Translations under genes and position numbers: made by a program | NCBI RefSeq assembly: GCF_000022265.1 | Contig: NC_011979.1 | Location: 540,001 to 572,000, forward strand | DNA length: 32,000 nt | Reading direction: 5' to 3' | Origin: Geotalea daltonii FRC-32 | GTDB taxonomy: Bacteria; Desulfobacterota; Desulfuromonadia; Geobacterales; Geobacteraceae | The notes under the pieces: model-generated | The model's input: only the letters and a program-made list of their open reading frames with translations | What the model was told of the DNA's origin: nothing | Database searches by the model: none | In this document: positions 25,762-32,000 of the stretch, piece after piece | Layout: every line of letters begins with the position of its first letter | How positions within the stretch are numbered: the stretch's first letter is position 1

Positions 25762-27891
25762 ATGAAATTTGCCGGTCCCTTCAAGCATACAGGGCTGCCC
25801 CTTGCCCTTTTTTTCTGCCGCTGCCTGGCCGGGGCGGGCCTGCTCATCCTTTGCCTCTTGGATGCAGCCGAGGCAACGGCCCAAGAACTTGCCCGCCTGC
25901 AACGGGTGGAGGTCGGTCAACAGGCTTCGTCGACCCGTCTTGACCTGAAGCTCGATCAAGCAACAACTTACACTGTGGCGGAGTCGGCGAACAGGATCCG
26001 CCTTACCCTCAAGGACACCGACGGACCTCTCTTCAGAAAATTAAATACCTATACCGATTCCCATATCTCCGGCATCCGCTTCTCCCAGAGGGGCAAAGAC
26101 CTGCAGATAACCATCGGCACCAGGGACGCCGTCCCCTGCTTGCGCATCATGGATCTGGCTGAAGGAATTCTGACTGTCAATGTGGGCAAGGAGAATGGAC
26201 AGCCGGCTGTACCGGCCATCGTTCCGGGGAGGGAACTGATACTGCAAGGGACGGCCAGGCTTGTGACCGACTTCGATCCACCGCTCAAGGCCGAGATACC
26301 CTTTGTTCCCACCGACCCGGATCAGCTGCAGAAGGTGGCTGTCGATGCGGAGGTAAAACTATTCCAGCGCGGGGAGAGTTTTCTCTATAAGGAGATGGGG
26401 GCTGAGGCCGCAGAGATCTTCGCCTGGTTTACCGGCAGGGACACTCCCCTGCGGCCGCTGGCCTGCTATCGCCTGGGGGAGTCCCTTTACCTGCTCGGCA
26501 AATATGACGCAGCCCTCAATGCTTTCAGGGAGGGAGAGCAGCGCTGGCCCGCCTATATGGCTTTCAATCCTGCCACGACCTTTTACTTTGCCGACAGCAT
26601 CGCCAGGATGGGAAATCTTGCCGATGGGCGAAAGATGCTGGCCCGCCTCATCGCCCAACTGGCGGAAAAGACTTACGCGCCGCTTCTGCTTGATCGACTG
26701 GCGGACATTCTGGCCCGGAACGGCCGGGATAAAGAGGCTGTTGCCATATTCGGAACGATTGCCGAAGGTTTTCCGGAAACCGAGGCCGCTTATCACGCTC
26801 TGTTGAAACTTGCCGACAGACGCCTGTTTTCCGTAAGCGCCGATACCTACCAGCCGCTGGCAGAGCAATACCGGTCCATCCACAGAGCTGCCGGCGCTGT
26901 TTCCCTCAGGGATGACGCCAATTTCAAGGCGGCATTGATGGAATCCCTGTACGGCCAGGCAGATAAGGCTCTGGCAGCGGTCATTCAATATGAAAAGCAA
27001 TATCCGCAGGGAACTTTTGTGACCATTGCCCATAGCATGCGCCAGGAACTGCTGCTGCAGGTATATCTGGAAATGTACAGGGCCAAGAACTATCCGGGAT
27101 TGATCGACCTGGCCCAGCAGAATCGTGACTATCTTGCCCGCTGTTTCAGCGATGAAATGTTCATCCACCGCCTTGCCGAAGCCTTTTCCCATTTGCAGAG
27201 GCCGGCGGGAAAGGTGGAGCTGTTCAATCATCTTGCCGAGCGTGATTGGACGGAAAGGGCGGCCCCCTTTATTTACGGGCAGATTGTCGATACGTCCATG
27301 GCCATGGGCAATCTTGCCATGGCAGACCTGACGGCCGCCAATTTCCTGCGCAGGTTTCCAAACCACCCGGATTACCGGCACATGCTGGAGCATCGGGGAG
27401 AAATCGCCTTTCTGAAGAAAAACCTGCCGGGGGTGGTGGCGGAACTTTTCTGGCTGGCAAAGCCGAAAGAAAAGGCTGCCCAGCTGAACAGTTATTATTA
27501 CCTGGGCAAGGCACTTACGGCGCAGAAGGATTACAAAAGGGGGGAGAAGGTGCTGGGACAATTTGTCGATGGCCTGTCCCAATCGAAAGCCTCTTCCACA
27601 TTTGCCGGTGATGCCTATTTCACCCTCGGCACCGCCCGCAGAGGGAGGGGGGACCATCGGGGGGCGATGGCCGCCTATGTTGCCGGTCTTGAAGTAGCTG
27701 GCGGCGGAATGAAGGAACAGTTCCTGTTTGCCATGGGAGAGATGGAGCTGCAGATGAAAAACTACGGGGAGGCCAAGGGCCACTGGAACAGGATACTCAA
27801 GGAAGGAACGGACCCGGTCTGGCGCCGCATGGCCGAGCAGGGACTGGGCGACCTGCAATGGAAGGAAAAAATGGAGACATTAACCCGATAA
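25762..27891 (+). CDS. Secreted AMIN-domain plus TPR-repeat protein
   Basis: 709-aa ORF with a signal peptide (LLILCLLDAAEA/TAQ). An AMIN-like segment follows (LQRVEVGQQASSTRLDLKLDQATTYTV...NRIRLTLKD...ISGIRFSQRGKDLQITI). Multiple TPR-like repeats come after it (YRLGESLYLLGKYDAALNAF, YYYLGKALTAQKDYKRGEKV, FAMGEMELQMKNYGEAKGHW). The RBS is weak. Confidence 0.75.
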   Translation: MKFAGPFKHTGLPLALFFCRCLAGAGLLILCLLDAAEATAQELARLQRVEVGQQASSTRLDLKLDQATTYTVAESANRIRLTLKDTDGPLFRKLNTYTDSHISGIRFSQRGKDLQITIGTRDAVPCLRIMDLAEGILTVNVGKENGQPAVPAIVPGRELILQGTARLVTDFDPPLKAEIPFVPTDPDQLQKVAVDAEVKLFQRGESFLYKEMGAEAAEIFAWFTGRDTPLRPLACYRLGESLYLLGKYDAALNAFREGEQRWPAYMAFNPATTFYFADSIARMGNLADGRKMLARLIAQLAEKTYAPLLLDRLADILARNGRDKEAVAIFGTIAEGFPETEAAYHALLKLADRRLFSVSADTYQPLAEQYRSIHRAAGAVSLRDDANFKAALMESLYGQADKALAAVIQYEKQYPQGTFVTIAHSMRQELLLQVYLEMYRAKNYPGLIDLAQQNRDYLARCFSDEMFIHRLAEAFSHLQRPAGKVELFNHLAERDWTERAAPFIYGQIVDTSMAMGNLAMADLTAANFLRRFPNHPDYRHMLEHRGEIAFLKKNLPGVVAELFWLAKPKEKAAQLNSYYYLGKALTAQKDYKRGEKVLGQFVDGLSQSKASSTFAGDAYFTLGTARRGRGDHRGAMAAYVAGLEVAGGGMKEQFLFAMGEMELQMKNYGEAKGHWNRILKEGTDPVWRRMAEQGLGDLQWKEKMETLTR

Positions 27892-27987
27892 GTCAAATTA
27901 ATGACATTGGTCAAAATAGAAGTGCTGCTTTTGGGGGCCAGGGGTTACGGTGTGGACAAACTTATCGTAATTATTGGATAAAATGTC

Positions 27988-28003
27988 TGGTATGGGTTTT
28001 GCT
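27988..28003 (+). promoter_or_regulatory. sigma54 (RpoN)-type -24/-12 promoter of the flgB operon
   Basis: TGGTATGGGTTTTGCT compared with the consensus TGGCACG-N4-TTGCW. GG and GC have the correct spacing and TTGCT is complete. It ends 28 nt before ATG 28032, with the AAGGAG RBS in between. Confidence 0.6.
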
Positions 28004-28031
28004 CAGTCAGCTGTTGGGAAAGGAGTCTGTT

Positions 28032-28454
28032 ATGCCTGTAGATGGAATATTTGGTTCCACCGTGGATATTTTGGGTAAATCCCTCGATTTGAGGGCGAAA
28101 AATCATAATCACATTTCGGCCAATGTTGCCAATGCCGAAACCCCCGGTTACATGCCGACCCGGCTCTCCTTCGAATCGGAACTGAAGGACGCGGTCAAGG
28201 GTAAGGGGATTGGCAAGGGTGCCGTCACCCACCCGCGTCACATACCCCTCAAAGGCAAGGGGGGATCTGTCGAGGAAGTGGCCGGGACGGTGGTCGAGAC
28301 CCCGGCCAAATCGGTGGGGATGGACAATAACGCCGTCGAGCTGGAAAACGAGATGGGCAAAATGGCGGAGAACCAGATCATGTACAACGCCAGCGTACAA
28401 CTCCTGGGTAAAAAGTTCGAAGGACTCAAGTACGCGATAAAAGGGGGTAACTGA
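28032..28454 (+). CDS. flgB: Flagellar basal-body rod protein FlgB
   Basis: The ORF track opens at 27858, but ATG 28032 has an AAGGAG RBS 7 nt upstream. It gives a 140-aa protein with the rod-protein N-terminal motif ISANVANAETPGY and C-terminal NQIMYNASVQLL. Confidence 0.88.
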   Translation: MPVDGIFGSTVDILGKSLDLRAKNHNHISANVANAETPGYMPTRLSFESELKDAVKGKGIGKGAVTHPRHIPLKGKGGSVEEVAGTVVETPAKSVGMDNNAVELENEMGKMAENQIMYNASVQLLGKKFEGLKYAIKGGN

Positions 28455-28894
28455 TGGATTTTTTCACCTCGATGGACATAAGTGCCTCGGCCCTTACCGC
28501 CGAAAGAACACGCATGAATCTCATCTCCAGCAACCTGGCCAATGCCGGGTCCACCAGGACTGCCGAGGGGGGACCCTACAAGCGCAAGGATGCCGTTTTT
28601 GCTGCTGAACCAGTTGTCGAACCGTTCAGCTCGATACTGAAGAAAGCGGGAGGGAGTATGGAGCCGAAGCAGGTGGGGGTGGTGCAGATCACCGAGGACC
28701 AGACGCCGCCACGCCTGCAGTACGACCCGACCCATCCCGATGCCGATGCCAAGGGTTATGTGGCCCTGCCCAATGTCAACGTGGTGGAAGAAATGGCAGA
28801 TATGATTGCCGCCACCCGCACCTATGAAGCAAACGTCACCGCAGCCCAGGCAGCGAAGAGCATGGCGTTGAAAACCCTGGAGCTCGGCCGATGA
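28454..28894 (+). CDS. flgC: Flagellar basal-body rod protein FlgC
   Basis: 146-aa ORF whose start overlaps the flgB stop (TGATG). Motifs ISSNLANAGSTR, YDPTHPDAD..GYV..PNVN and EMADMIAATRTYEANV are typical of FlgC. Confidence 0.92.
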   Translation: MDFFTSMDISASALTAERTRMNLISSNLANAGSTRTAEGGPYKRKDAVFAAEPVVEPFSSILKKAGGSMEPKQVGVVQITEDQTPPRLQYDPTHPDADAKGYVALPNVNVVEEMADMIAATRTYEANVTAAQAAKSMALKTLELGR

Positions 28895-28966
28895 TTTACG
28901 CTGAAAATCATTCATCTGCGGCGTTGCCTTCATTACTTCGCTGCTCGCCCCTTGACGCCTTGCACC

Positions 28967-28981
28967 TGGATATTTTTGAGC
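28967..28981 (+). promoter_or_regulatory. Weak sigma54-like -24/-12 element upstream of fliE
   Basis: TGGATATTTTTGAGC has GG-N10-GC spacing, but the -12 element is GAGC rather than TTGC. It sits in the 111-nt flgC-fliE gap. Confidence 0.25.
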
Positions 28982-29005
28982 ATAAATAATTTTACGGAGG
29001 AAAAG

Positions 29006-29314
29006 ATGGTCATTAAAGCGATCGAGAGTGGTACCGGGATTGAGCATGCCTTTCCCTCGCCGGTGGCAAAGGAAACAGCCGGCGCGGCGCCTGCCGAGAG
29101 CTTCAGCAAGTACCTGGGGGAAATGGTCGGCAAGGTAAACGACATGCAGCTGTCGGCCGATAAATCCATCCAAAGCTTGGCCACAGGCGAAGCCACAGGT
29201 CTGCACGAGGTCATGCTGGCCGTGGAAAAGGCGAGCATTTCTTTCCAGTTTCTCAATCAGGTGCGCAACAAGGCAGTAGAAGCCTATCAGGAAATCATGA
29301 GGATGCCGGTTTAA
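29006..29314 (+). CDS. fliE: Flagellar hook-basal body complex protein FliE
   Basis: The ORF track opens at TTG 28952, but ATG 29006 follows the GGAGG RBS by 5 nt. It gives a 102-aa protein with the FliE-like C-terminus LHEVMLAVEKASISFQFLNQVRNKAVEAYQEIMRM. Confidence 0.85.
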   Translation: MVIKAIESGTGIEHAFPSPVAKETAGAAPAESFSKYLGEMVGKVNDMQLSADKSIQSLATGEATGLHEVMLAVEKASISFQFLNQVRNKAVEAYQEIMRMPV

Positions 29315-29362
29315 CAGCCTGATATTCGTCGTAGATGCATTGTCAGTTGATACGGAGTTCCT

Positions 29363-30931
29363 ATGCCGGAAGGTTTGAAAAAACTGCTTGATCCTTTCCT
29401 GTCTTTGCCCACGTCCAAACGCCTGATTGTAGCCGGGGTGGCGGCTTGTTCGCTCTTGGCCTTTGCTGCTCTTATTTTTGTCGCCAACAGGACTGATTAC
29501 CGCCCGCTGTTTGCCAACCTTACAACCGAAGATGCCGGTGAGATCGTCAAGAAACTGAAGGATCAGAAGGTTGCCTATCAGATTTCGGCGGACGGCAAAG
29601 CCATTCTCGTCCCATCTGACAAGGTGTATGAACTGCGTCTTTCCCTGGCCGGCGAAGGGCTGCCCCAAGGGGGAGGAATAGGTTTCGAGATCTTCGACCG
29701 GAAGAATTTCGGCATGACCGAATTTGTCCAGAAGCTCAATTATCAGCGCGCCCTGCAGGGTGAACTCTCCCGGACCATTGCCCAGTTGGCCGGTGTGGAG
29801 CAGGCAAGGGTCCACCTGGTTATTCCGGAAAAATCCCTGTTCAAGGACAGCGAAAAGCCCCCCACTGCCTCTGTGGTTCTGAAGATGAAATCAAACCGCA
29901 CCCTGCGTGAAAATGAAGTACAGGGGGTGGTGCACCTGGTTTCTTCCGCCATCGAGGGGATGGATACGGAGAATGTCACCGTCCTTGACAGCCGCGGCAA
30001 GGTCCTGAGCAGGACCGGCCCTTCCGATGCTACCGGCAAACTGACCAGCACCATGCAGGAGACCCAGCGCAATTACGAAAAAAACCTGGAAGAGCGTCTG
30101 CAATCGCTTCTGGACAAAGTGGTGGGGAGCGGCAGATCCGTGGCCCGGGTCTCGGCTACCTTCGATTTCAAGCAGGTGGAGAAATACGAAGAGAAGTACG
30201 ATCCGGAAACGGCAGCGGTACGCAGCGAACAACGGAGCGAGGAAAAGGCGGGAGCCACCAACATTGCTGCCGGTGTTCCGGGGGTACAAACAAATATGGG
30301 CAGGACCGCTCCGGGGGCAGGCACCACTGGTGGCGGTTCCAAGAGTGACGAAACCCTCAATTACGAAGTCAGCCGTACCACCGCCCGCATCATCGAACCG
30401 GTCGGCAGCCTGACCAAGGTGTCGGTGGCCATTCTTGTGGACGGCAAGTACGAAGCCCCGGCAGCTGCTAAAGCGGGTGCTGCCAAGGCCAAGTACCAGC
30501 CGCGCACTCCCGATGAATTGCAGAAAATCGAGTCACTGGTTAAAAGCTCCGTCGGCTTCAATGCCGAACGGGGCGATCAGGTGACGGTTGCCAATATTCC
30601 GTTTCAGGAAACCGGCGATATGGGAAGTGCCGAGGATGCCTGGTGGAATGCGCCGATCGTCATGACCCTGCTGAAGAACCTGCTCATTGCCGGCGGTTTC
30701 TTCGCCATCATTTTCTTTGTCATCAAACCGTTGATGCGGATGTTGCCCCATAGACCCCCTTCCTTCCAGCCTGTACAGGAAGATTTGGAAATGATTCAGC
30801 TGAACGAGGCCCACAAGCAGGAACTGGCCCTGCAGACACTGAACCAGCTAGAGCTGATCGAAAAGGTGAAGCAGGACCCTTATCAGGTGGCCCAGATTCT
30901 CCAGAACTGGCTGGTACACAAAGAACAGTAG
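29363..30931 (+). CDS. fliF: Flagellar M-ring protein FliF
   Basis: 522-aa ORF with an N-terminal TM and conserved YRPLF..L...DAGEIV..L and LP.GG.IGFEIFD segments. It has the ELSRTI motif, a second TM near the C-terminus and a C-terminal FliG-binding tail. Confidence 0.92.
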   Translation: MPEGLKKLLDPFLSLPTSKRLIVAGVAACSLLAFAALIFVANRTDYRPLFANLTTEDAGEIVKKLKDQKVAYQISADGKAILVPSDKVYELRLSLAGEGLPQGGGIGFEIFDRKNFGMTEFVQKLNYQRALQGELSRTIAQLAGVEQARVHLVIPEKSLFKDSEKPPTASVVLKMKSNRTLRENEVQGVVHLVSSAIEGMDTENVTVLDSRGKVLSRTGPSDATGKLTSTMQETQRNYEKNLEERLQSLLDKVVGSGRSVARVSATFDFKQVEKYEEKYDPETAAVRSEQRSEEKAGATNIAAGVPGVQTNMGRTAPGAGTTGGGSKSDETLNYEVSRTTARIIEPVGSLTKVSVAILVDGKYEAPAAAKAGAAKAKYQPRTPDELQKIESLVKSSVGFNAERGDQVTVANIPFQETGDMGSAEDAWWNAPIVMTLLKNLLIAGGFFAIIFFVIKPLMRMLPHRPPSFQPVQEDLEMIQLNEAHKQELALQTLNQLELIEKVKQDPYQVAQILQNWLVHKEQ

Positions 30932-30944
30932 TTGAGGATGTTTC

Positions 30945-31937
30945 ATGACCGGATCGGATAAAGCCGCCATCCTGCTCCTCTACCTTGGCCCGGACGCAAC
31001 GAGCAAGGTATTCGAGCACATGGATGATGTGGACATAAAGAAGATAAGCCAGAGCATGGCCCGTCTCGGTCACGTGCCGCGCGACGTCATTCAGGGCGTG
31101 GTGACGGAATTCACGGATATCACCAATCCCGAAACCGGTTTTTTCTCCCAGGGGGAGGAATTCGTCAAAAAGATCCTGGAAAAGGCCCTCGGCGTACAAA
31201 AGGCCGAAAGCCTCCTTCAGGAGCTGCGCACCTCAAGCATCGGCGATATGGTGGACATTCTCGCCACCATGGATTCGAAGACCATCGCCAACTTTTTTTC
31301 CCAGGAGCACCCACAGACCATTGCCGTTATCCTGGCCAAGCTCAAGCCGAAACAAACCAGTGAAATTGTCGGGCTCCTGCCCCAGGAGCTTCAGGCCGAG
31401 GTGGTGATCCGCATCGCCGAGGTTGACCAGGTATCGCCGGAAATCCTTGCCGAAATCGATGAAGTTATCCGCAAGGAGCTGACGGCCCTTGGCGGCGTGC
31501 AACGGTTCAAGGTCGGCGGCGTGGAGAAGGTGGTGGACATGTTCTCCTATCTGGACCGGAGCAAGGAGAAAAAGATCCTCGACCGTCTGGATGCGCTCAA
31601 TCCGCCCTTGGCCGAAGTTATCCGCAAGCATCTCTTCACCTTCGAGGACATCTTCAAGCTGGACGACCGGGCCATCCAGTCGATCATGCGGGAGGTGAGC
31701 AACGATACCCTGACCCTGGCCATGAAAACCTCCCCGGACGACGTCAAGGACAAGATCTTCCGCAACATCTCGTCCCGTGCCGCCGAGATGATCAAGGAGG
31801 ACCTGGAGGTGATGGGGCCGGTTCGCCTTTCCGACGTGGAAAAGGCCCAGTCGGAGATCATCAAGGTGGTAAGGAAAATGGAGGAAGACGGCAAGGTGGT
31901 CATAGCCGGCCGTGGAGGCGACGATGTCCTCGTCTAG
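30945..31937 (+). CDS. fliG: Flagellar motor switch protein FliG
   Basis: 330-aa ORF with GSDKAAILLLYLG at the N-terminus, EHPQTIAVILA, and the MFTFEDI-type motif (HLFTFEDIFKLDDRAIQ). The C-terminal torque helix region reads SSRAAEMIKEDLE. Confidence 0.93.
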   Translation: MTGSDKAAILLLYLGPDATSKVFEHMDDVDIKKISQSMARLGHVPRDVIQGVVTEFTDITNPETGFFSQGEEFVKKILEKALGVQKAESLLQELRTSSIGDMVDILATMDSKTIANFFSQEHPQTIAVILAKLKPKQTSEIVGLLPQELQAEVVIRIAEVDQVSPEILAEIDEVIRKELTALGGVQRFKVGGVEKVVDMFSYLDRSKEKKILDRLDALNPPLAEVIRKHLFTFEDIFKLDDRAIQSIMREVSNDTLTLAMKTSPDDVKDKIFRNISSRAAEMIKEDLEVMGPVRLSDVEKAQSEIIKVVRKMEEDGKVVIAGRGGDDVLV

Positions 31938-32000
31938 GATCATCAAATCCATCGACGATGCCGGCTTCATGGGTTTCCACTTCCGTGAGTTAAAGGGGAG
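31924..32000 (+). CDS. fliH: Probable flagellar assembly protein FliH, N-terminal fragment (runs off the window)
   Basis: ATG 31924 is 7 nt after GGAGG and overlaps the fliG 3' end. The frame stays open to the window edge (MSSSRIIKSIDDAGFMGFHFRELKG). The assignment rests on the conserved fliF-fliG-fliH order only. Confidence 0.5.
   Translation, partial: MSSSRIIKSIDDAGFMGFHFRELKG

Noticed and set aside
26359-27858. A 499-aa minus-strand ORF antisense to the AMIN/TPR gene.
   Set aside because: It has the same shadow-ORF character (Gly/Pro/Arg/His-rich, no domain signature, no RBS context). The sense frame has a signal peptide and clear TPR periodicity.
27858-28031. Upstream-extended starts given by the ORF track for flgB (27858), nuoK (6443) and fliE (28952, TTG).
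   Set aside because: The extensions overlap the preceding gene or the promoter region and lack an RBS. Internal ATGs at 28032, 6509 and 29006 have canonical RBS spacing and give family-typical N-termini and lengths.
28238-29815. A 525-aa minus-strand ORF running antisense across flgB, flgC, fliE and fliF, including two intergenic gaps.
   Set aside because: The translation is low-complexity and rich in R/G/P/H/Q with no recognisable motif. It lies opposite four genes with unmistakable flagellar motifs, RBSs and coupled starts. Long stop-free antisense frames are expected opposite GC3-biased genes. Ribo-seq or proteomics could revisit this.
1-32000. An apparent GC step. Single 60-nt lines counted by hand gave 45% GC at 181-240, 57% at 601-660, 45% at 6841-6900, 52% at 15001-15060 and 63% at 30001-30060.
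   Set aside because: These are five small hand counts only. The hydrophobic Phe/Ile/Leu-rich composition of the Nuo membrane subunits could explain the lower GC without horizontal transfer. A sliding-window GC/GC3 and codon-usage calculation is needed before making any claim.

Overview
The window is a chromosomal segment with no rRNA, tRNA, CRISPR array, transposase or integrase that I can see. Gene content and order look Geobacteraceae/Desulfuromonadales-like; that is an inference, since no search was run. All family assignments come from motifs read by eye in the ORF translations.

Layout:
- 1-12.0 kb: distal part of a complex I operon (nuoE fragment, nuoF-G-H-I-J-K-L-M-N), closed by a strong intrinsic terminator.
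- 12.2-18.0 kb: tripartite RND efflux operon (outer-membrane factor, membrane-fusion protein, RND pump) behind a near-consensus sigma70-type promoter.
- 18.0-20.3 kb: a tightly packed, Cys-rich redox/sulfur cluster on the same strand. It encodes a C_GCAxxG_C_C protein, a DUF2892 membrane protein, a COG1237-like MBL-fold protein, a secreted rhodanese and an ArsR-family regulator with a CVC motif.
- 20.2-25.6 kb: a chemosensory island with no cheA or cheW in the window. It holds a sensor-less MCP (minus strand), a PAS histidine kinase, a bacteriohemerythrin, CheY, CheX and a CheX-like protein fused to a degenerate receiver.
- 25.8-27.9 kb: a secreted AMIN+TPR protein.
- 28.0-32.0 kb: flgB-flgC-fliE-fliF-fliG and the start of fliH, behind a good sigma54-type promoter.

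The candidates most worth follow-up are:
1. The hemerythrin-CheY-CheX-(CheX-like/pseudo-receiver) unit preceded by a sigma28-like promoter.
2. The CheX-like phosphatase fused to a receiver whose phospho-acceptor position is Glu.
3. The uncharacterised thiol/sulfur cluster appended to the RND operon.
4. A NuoF with HydB/HndC-style extra Fe-S modules.

None of these is proven novel from sequence alone.
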